Assembly: GCA_963665295.1 (NCBI GenBank)
Contig: OY762209.1
Coordinates: forward strand, 3,648,001-3,712,000
Source of the DNA: Syntrophorhabdaceae bacterium
GTDB taxonomy: Bacteria; Desulfobacterota; Syntrophorhabdia; Syntrophorhabdales; Syntrophorhabdaceae
Reading direction: 5' to 3'
Length of the DNA stretch: 64,000 nt
The notes under the pieces are model-generated. The model saw nothing but the letters and a program-made list of their open reading frames with translations, had not been told where the DNA came from and did not search any database. The translations under genes and the position numbers were made by a program. Shown here in pieces: positions 58,992-64,000 of this stretch. Position 1 is the first letter of the stretch; every line of letters begins with the position of its first letter.

Positions 58992-60325
58992 TTAATCACC
59001 CCCGCCGTCAGCAAAGGTGCATCTCCCTCTATTCGTTTCCTGGCCATGTCGCAATATGTGGGGTTGAGGTCTATACCTATGAAGTTTCTGTTGAGGCGAT
59101 TCGCTACGAGCCCGACCGTTCCAGCGCCGAAGAATGGGTCGAGCACTGCCCCCCCCTCTGGACAACCGGCAAGGATGCATGGTTCTACGAGGGCTGGGGG
59201 GAAGGTGGCAAAATGGGCGTCAGGGAATGGCATTGTTCCGATGGTCCATACAGTGCGCCTGTTCCTTTTCGTGCCTTCCCATGGAACGGATCCTGCAACG
59301 GCACCTGCCGACTTCCCCCCGTCGTCAACTGGGACGCCTCTCAGGCTTGCCGCTTTGCGTTCTTTATTTCCTGATTTTGCTAGGTATCCTGTCTTTCCGG
59401 CCTCTCTGCCCTCTCGATGAAAGGACCCGTGTCCGCCACTACCTTGCGAGGTATCCCAGCCATCGGGGGTCTTCCACCGTGAACCTGTTTGCTTTGGTTG
59501 GCCGGGGGCTTGATAGGGCATGCCTGTAAGATCATGCCAGTTCGTAGCGGTCACCGGTTCCTTGATGGCATCTTGGTCATAGTAATACCTTTCGCTTTTG
59601 CTCATGAGAAATAGATACTCATGCGACTTTGTTGGCCTGTCCGTAACCGACTCGGGCATAGGGTTAGGCTTATGCCAAATGATGTCTGAACGGAGATACC
59701 AGCCGTCGGCCTGAAGGGCGAATGCGACCCTCCAAGGTATGCCCACGAGGTCTTTGGGTTTAAGTCCAGGAAGGGGCATTCGGTTAGGCTGGATCATCGG
59801 CCCTATCGCGGCCGCTTTGGGATCAGGCCCATGCGTCCCTCGGAAGCCAAATGCTCCTTCACGCCATTTCTTACCCTGATCTCCCCCACCAGGGCAGTTG
59901 CCTACCTTGCCCGCCCCGGTTGCGTAACTGTCTCCCAGGTTAAGCCACAACGTCCCGTCCTTCCTCAAGACTCTGTGGAGTACCTGGAATATCTCTACCG
60001 TGTGCTCAACATAGAGTTCGGGCGTAGGTTCCAGCCCATAGGAACCAAGCCATGCACCGCAATGCGCACAGAAGCCGGGCTGGAGGCCGCCTCGCGCGAA
60101 CCATCCGTCCCGATCTCGACGGAAGGATGTTCCGGTACCGTTTCCGTTTGGGGAGATTGTTTCTGCCCACTCGTGTTGGCAGTCTGGATTCCCACCCCAT
60201 ATCTGAGGATCAAGACCATAATCGCGAAGGCCCCAGTAGGGAGGGCTCGTGACGATACAGTTTACTGATTCAGATGGAATAGTTCTCAGGGCGGTGAGCA
60301 CATGCCCGTGAATTATCCTGTTCAT
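58988..60325 (-). CDS. Beta-class amino (N4C/N6A) DNA methyltransferase
   Basis: VTSPPYW catalytic motif near the N-terminus, IIWHKPNPMP, HFATFP, VLDPFFGAGT SAM motif near the C-terminus. Confidence 0.93.
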   Translation of the reverse strand: MNRIIHGHVLTALRTIPSESVNCIVTSPPYWGLRDYGLDPQIWGGNPDCQHEWAETISPNGNGTGTSFRRDRDGWFARGGLQPGFCAHCGAWLGSYGLEPTPELYVEHTVEIFQVLHRVLRKDGTLWLNLGDSYATGAGKVGNCPGGGDQGKKWREGAFGFRGTHGPDPKAAAIGPMIQPNRMPLPGLKPKDLVGIPWRVAFALQADGWYLRSDIIWHKPNPMPESVTDRPTKSHEYLFLMSKSERYYYDQDAIKEPVTATNWHDLTGMPYQAPGQPKQTGSRWKTPDGWDTSQGSGGHGSFHREGREAGKTGYLAKSGNKERKAASLRGVPVDDGGKSAGAVAGSVPWEGTKRNRRTVWTIGTMPFPDAHFATFPPALVEPCILAGCPEGGAVLDPFFGAGTVGLVANRLNRNFIGIDLNPTYCDMARKRIEGDAPLLTAGVIK

Positions 60326-60332
60326 GTTTGCG

Positions 60333-61478
60333 CTATGCCCGATTGAAATCACTTGTCAGAATCCTCCATGCTGTTGCAGCCACTCTTGAAACCTGTCCGT
60401 TTCCAATGGCCTTAAGTCGGTCCACCCTAAAGGCCACCCCATGAGCCACTCGACCCACGTCGGGTTCAACTGGCCACCCAAAGACGCCTGATCCCGTAAG
60501 GGCTTTCCCCTGGTATGTTTCATCCTCTTCAACCCCGCTTCCGTCGCTCCGTACCCAGTCCGATAATCCGTAGTCGAGGGCGTGGCCCATTGCCGCGCTA
60601 CCGTCGTCGCCAGGTCGTCTCCGCCCGATCCTTCCCGGTTCATCCGGGCAAAGTCCGGACCGCTCGGTGATCCCTTCGGCGTCGGCCACATCACTTGCGC
60701 CGACAGATGCAGTCCTCCTTTGCTGCCCCTTGCGTTCGGTCCACCGTGGGTTGCTTCCGTTGCCGACGGGGTTCTCCATAAGGGTCTTCCCAACCTCGCC
60801 GCTTCTCCCAAGCTGTTCGGCCCACATTTCCTGTTGGCCCCAAGTTGCTTCGATTCTGGGGAAAGATTTGGCGTAGGCCAGTATCCATACCCGTTTTCGC
60901 CTGTGCGGCGCTCCGCAATCATCAGCTCCGAGCACACACCACCGAGCATCGTACCCGCTTTCGGCCAAGTCTCCAAGAACTCGTCCGAAGTAGGATGGTA
61001 AGGTAATTTGTACTTCGTGAGCCGCACGGATTGATGCCCATTCTTCGGCTTCATATACTCGGCCTTCATCAACGGCTTCATATAGAGTCTTTCGCTCGGG
61101 AGAAAGGAGCCCTGGGACGTTTTCCAGCCAGACGACGTGCGGTCGTATAATGCGTACGGCTTCGATTGTTGGCGGCCACATGTTCCGTTCATCAGCCTCC
61201 CCCCCCCGCTTGCCTGCGACGCTAAAGGGCTGACAAGGGAAACCGGCAACGATAAGATCAACCATTCCCGTATATGCTCCGGCGTAACCTCCTGAGATGA
61301 ATTCTCGGACGTCTCCGAAGACAGGGGCGGCATGAAGAAAACCGTCTGCGATTCTTTGTCTGATAACTTTTTGGCAGTATGGTTCATAGTCGACATACCC
61401 GCGGCATTTGAAACCGAGAAGGTGCTGCATCGCGAGATCGCCACCGCCCGCTCCGGAGAAGAGAGACAGGTAGTTCAC
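60333..61478 (-). CDS. C5-cytosine DNA methyltransferase, alpha polypeptide (lacks motif IX)
   Basis: Motifs I (LFSGAGG), IV (GFPCQ), VI (ENVPG), VIII (PHRRKRVWI), X (RLKAIGN). Confidence 0.92.
   Translation of the reverse strand: MNYLSLFSGAGGGDLAMQHLLGFKCRGYVDYEPYCQKVIRQRIADGFLHAAPVFGDVREFISGGYAGAYTGMVDLIVAGFPCQPFSVAGKRGGEADERNMWPPTIEAVRIIRPHVVWLENVPGLLSPERKTLYEAVDEGRVYEAEEWASIRAAHEVQITLPSYFGRVLGDLAESGYDARWCVLGADDCGAPHRRKRVWILAYAKSFPRIEATWGQQEMWAEQLGRSGEVGKTLMENPVGNGSNPRWTERKGQQRRTASVGASDVADAEGITERSGLCPDEPGRIGRRRPGDDGSAAMGHALDYGLSDWVRSDGSGVEEDETYQGKALTGSGVFGWPVEPDVGRVAHGVAFRVDRLKAIGNGQVSRVAATAWRILTSDFNRA
60356..61444 (-). CDS. Nested alternative-frame beta polypeptide of the C5 methyltransferase (true start unknown)
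   Basis: 362 open codons inside the alpha gene on the same strand; four WxTP repeats and motif IX-like QLNPTWVEWLMGWPLGWTD. Confidence 0.75.
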   Translation of the reverse strand: MAISRCSTFSVSNAAGMSTMNHTAKKLSDKESQTVFFMPPLSSETSENSSQEVTPEHIREWLILSLPVSLVSPLASQASGGGRLMNGTCGRQQSKPYALYDRTSSGWKTSQGSFLPSERLYMKPLMKAEYMKPKNGHQSVRLTKYKLPYHPTSDEFLETWPKAGTMLGGVCSELMIAERRTGENGYGYWPTPNLSPESKQLGANRKCGPNSLGEAARLGRPLWRTPSATEATHGGPNARGSKGGLHLSAQVMWPTPKGSPSGPDFARMNREGSGGDDLATTVARQWATPSTTDYRTGYGATEAGLKRMKHTRGKPLRDQASLGGQLNPTWVEWLMGWPLGWTDLRPLETDRFQEWLQQHGGF

Positions 61479-61481
61479 TTG

Positions 61482-62069
61482 TCACTCCCCCACCGGCAAT
61501 GCCTTTATCTTGTTCTGCGCGATGGCGACCAGAAAGCCCTCGGCCTTCTCAGGCTCATCAAATATCGCGTGGAGCCGGGCAAAGAGAAGATCAATCTGTT
61601 TCTCTATTTCTCTCAAAGCCATCCATTTTTCATGGGAATAGGCGGTCACGTAATCAAGCGTGCCCGGGGGGCTCTCATGCGAGATGCCCGCGGATCCCTC
61701 TAGCTCGTCGTCTAAACTGTGATTCGTTGGATGAACGGCCCCCTTGGGCAGAAAATTACGGTATATCCATTTGTCATCCTTCCCTTTGGCTCTGAACGCC
61801 CTATGATAGCGCAGATCATTGTCCCATCGTTCTCCTGACCAGTTCGACACAACGATGATTGCCTCGAACTTGAGCGCGTGGCAGGCGTTGAAGTGGTCCA
61901 CGGCCTTTTTTTCAAGGTCCACATATGCTTTATCTTCAAACCGTATGTTGTCATAAAGAACTTTGAAGTAAACCCCTCTGTCGTAGCTGTCAACAACATA
62001 TGCTTGTAAAAGCGTCTTGTCGGGAAGGATTATTGTCTTAAACTTCTTCTGTCCTGGTCTGCCGCCCAT
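61482..62069 (-). CDS. Phage hypothetical protein
   Basis: 195-aa ORF packed within 1-3 nt of its neighbours. Confidence 0.7.
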   Translation of the reverse strand: MGGRPGQKKFKTIILPDKTLLQAYVVDSYDRGVYFKVLYDNIRFEDKAYVDLEKKAVDHFNACHALKFEAIIVVSNWSGERWDNDLRYHRAFRAKGKDDKWIYRNFLPKGAVHPTNHSLDDELEGSAGISHESPPGTLDYVTAYSHEKWMALREIEKQIDLLFARLHAIFDEPEKAEGFLVAIAQNKIKALPVGE

Positions 62070-62070
62070 A

Positions 62071-63531
62071 TTATTCCCCCACCGCCTTACTCATCATAGG
62101 CTGTCCCCCGGGCCCCTTGCACGTATCAGCCTTCAGATAAACCGCGCTGCATACGGCCGCACACTGAGGTTCGCACACTGCGCAGCAAGGCGGCCGGTCT
62201 TTCGGGCTTCCCCACACGCATTTTTCTCTGATGTGGTCACACAAAGTGGTCTCGTCAAACGGGGTCTTCCGGCTTTTCGTCTTCTTTTGAGAGACTTTGG
62301 GGGCGGGCGCTTCGGCCTCCGGGAGGTCCATTATCAGCTTGATAGCCGCGTCGATCTTGGCGATGGTCTTATCGAGTAACTTGCTGTTGCTCGGGTCATC
62401 TTCTTTATCCTCGTCTTTGACATAAAACGCTCTCGCCTCTTTCAGCCCCGCAATAGTTGCCGCGTCTTTGGTGGCATAACCCTGATTACGTATGTTGGGC
62501 GCATAGCCCCTTCCGGCGTAGTCCCCGTACCCCTTTTGGACGCTGGTTGAAAACCGGTATAGGCCGTCCGGCGCGAGCGCGATCCTTATTTCCGTCGCGG
62601 TCTTGTCAACCTTAGTGGTCGTTACTGTAACCGTTTCCGGGTTTATCAACACACCGGCATCATTCACAGAGGAAGGGCCTTCGGTCACTGCTGCCTCTAC
62701 CTCCGCGGCGGTTTCAACTGTCTCAAGGGCCGCAGTCTCCGGCTCCTGTATAGTGTCCGCACTGGGCTCTGCCGCGCCTGTACCCCTCGGTGTCCTTTCT
62801 CCGAAATGAATAACCTGAAGGGTCTCATTGATCTTGCAAATTGCCTCGTCAACAAATTCTTCCTGTGTTGCCGTGAGCTTTCCGCTGTCAAGCTGGTCAA
62901 GGTACCATTCGCGGGCAATGTTTAGCCCTGCTATCTCCGCTTCTTCTACGCTGCCGAACCGAGGGCCGTTTATGTGGGGTTCGATTGCATGTCCTTTGCC
63001 TAGCCCTTCAAGGTACAGCCCGTACCGATATTGCCCGTCATGAGCCAGGGCGACCGTAACGATTGTCTTGCAGCCGTCAACTTCAGTTTCGGTCACGGTG
63101 AGACTCGCACAGGTCGTGACGAGCACGCCGAACTCGTTTACTTCCGACACCACTTCGGCGTCGATAACTTCAGCGTCCCCCGCGGTAATCGCAGGAAGCG
63201 CGGGGCCTATCATCTTCATCTCGGGACGTTCCGGTTCAGGGGGTTTTTCGGTAGGCGCAGGCTGGGGGGCTTCTGCCTTTTTCGAAAAGAGATCGTCTTG
63301 AGCCTCTCTGACCGTCCGGTGAAAAGCGTTCTTGATCCGGTCCGTCACGAAATTGATGGATGTCTCGACTTCTATGTCTCCATCGGCAGGCTTGAACTTC
63401 AAGCCGAGCGCAATGCTCAGAGCGCCGTCTTCTTTGAGGTATGCCTTGTCTATCTTCTCTCGGTAAATTCTGAGGATGTTACCGAGCATTTCCGTTGCTT
63501 CGCTGACTACTTTTTCCGTAATGTTCGACAT
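62071..63531 (-). CDS. Phage protein with internally duplicated ~110-aa domain and Cys-rich tail
   Basis: AGGAGG RBS; repeats at aa 131-241 and 289-400. Confidence 0.75.
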   Translation of the reverse strand: MSNITEKVVSEATEMLGNILRIYREKIDKAYLKEDGALSIALGLKFKPADGDIEVETSINFVTDRIKNAFHRTVREAQDDLFSKKAEAPQPAPTEKPPEPERPEMKMIGPALPAITAGDAEVIDAEVVSEVNEFGVLVTTCASLTVTETEVDGCKTIVTVALAHDGQYRYGLYLEGLGKGHAIEPHINGPRFGSVEEAEIAGLNIAREWYLDQLDSGKLTATQEEFVDEAICKINETLQVIHFGERTPRGTGAAEPSADTIQEPETAALETVETAAEVEAAVTEGPSSVNDAGVLINPETVTVTTTKVDKTATEIRIALAPDGLYRFSTSVQKGYGDYAGRGYAPNIRNQGYATKDAATIAGLKEARAFYVKDEDKEDDPSNSKLLDKTIAKIDAAIKLIMDLPEAEAPAPKVSQKKTKSRKTPFDETTLCDHIREKCVWGSPKDRPPCCAVCEPQCAAVCSAVYLKADTCKGPGGQPMMSKAVGE

Positions 63532-63597
63532 GCTTTATTTCCTCCTCTTTATATTGGGGCCGGCTATCCACTTCGGCCCCGGGTAGCTTATTGCCCC

Positions 63598-63936
63598 TCA
63601 AAACTCGTCTTCATCGTCGTACCCATACCGGCCGCGGTAGTTTTCCTCTTCCACGAGCTTGACGATGGCCTTCTGAGCGGGGTTTCGCTCGGCTTCCGGC
63701 ACCTCCGTGCATATACGCCCCGCTTCAGCCTTCAGACTCTCAGGACTTCGATACATGGCAACGTCGGCGTACATCTTGGCCGTTCTGTACTGCTCAATGG
63801 CGTGGTTCGCGAGCTTCTGCGCGTCCTTGCGCATCTCGTTGATTTCCTTTAAGGTCATCTCCTGATCGCTCGACAAGGCCACTTCGAAGTGGCAATAATT
63901 GTATGACAGCATTACTTTTACGCTTGCCTTTGGCAT
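63598..63936 (-). CDS. Phage hypothetical protein
   Basis: AGGAGG RBS, 112 aa. Confidence 0.72.
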   Translation of the reverse strand: MPKASVKVMLSYNYCHFEVALSSDQEMTLKEINEMRKDAQKLANHAIEQYRTAKMYADVAMYRSPESLKAEAGRICTEVPEAERNPAQKAIVKLVEEENYRGRYGYDDEDEF

Positions 63937-63951
63937 GTCTATATTCCTCCT

Positions 63952-64000
63952 TTATATGAGTCCCTTATCTTCCGCGAGCCACTCGGGGATGACGATGGTG
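63952..64000 (-). CDS. C-terminus of a small phage protein (partial)
   Basis: Manual translation ...TIVIPEWLAEDKGLI*. Confidence 0.6.
   Translation of the reverse strand, partial: TIVIPEWLAEDKGLI

Larger units (their letters stand above)
52039..64000 (-). mobile_element. Prophage (left arm; continues beyond window)
   Basis: att fragment, integrase, excisionase, then tightly coupled co-oriented phage-type genes. No structural genes visible in the window. Confidence 0.85.

Noticed and set aside
58988..61478. Restriction-modification system
   Set aside because: No cognate endonuclease identifiable; the context fits orphan phage methyltransferases.
1..64000. CRISPR array, rRNA or complete tRNA genes
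   Set aside because: No regularly spaced repeats or rRNA-like segments seen; the only tRNA-like sequence is the 3' fragment at 52039-52085.

Overview
About 52 kb of chromosome from an anaerobic, probably Desulfobacterota/Syntrophorhabdus-like bacterium (inferred from gene content only), followed by about 12 kb of the left arm of a prophage. Chromosomal part, in order: a sulfur/selenium relay operon (yedF-like, cysteine desulfurase, DUF3343-like, MoaD/ThiS); a long divergent GAPDH converging on a 1406-aa PPDK-like dikinase that lacks the pyruvate-binding barrel; thiolase-crotonase-etfBA; a kdp locus with KdpD split into two membrane proteins; an IS1634-like element inserted in a stop codon; and an accessory region (CDF, MFS, IclR, DMT, TsaA, M16 peptidase, MarR, frameshifted TauE, RND efflux, DUF134-NifX/Mrp, a YtkA/porin/ABC/NosL operon and an ArsP/ArsR/thioredoxin/CcdA operon). 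The prophage starts at a tRNA-Thr(CGT) 3' fragment (att) and carries integrase, excisionase and a DNA-modification-like cluster (ASCH-like, DUF5131, radical SAM, amino-MTase, C5-MTase). The most striking item is the C5 methyltransferase, which is dual-coded: a second, nested +1-frame ORF supplies the missing motif IX and four tandem WxTP repeats that may be target-recognition modules. All family calls come from motif recognition, not database searches.
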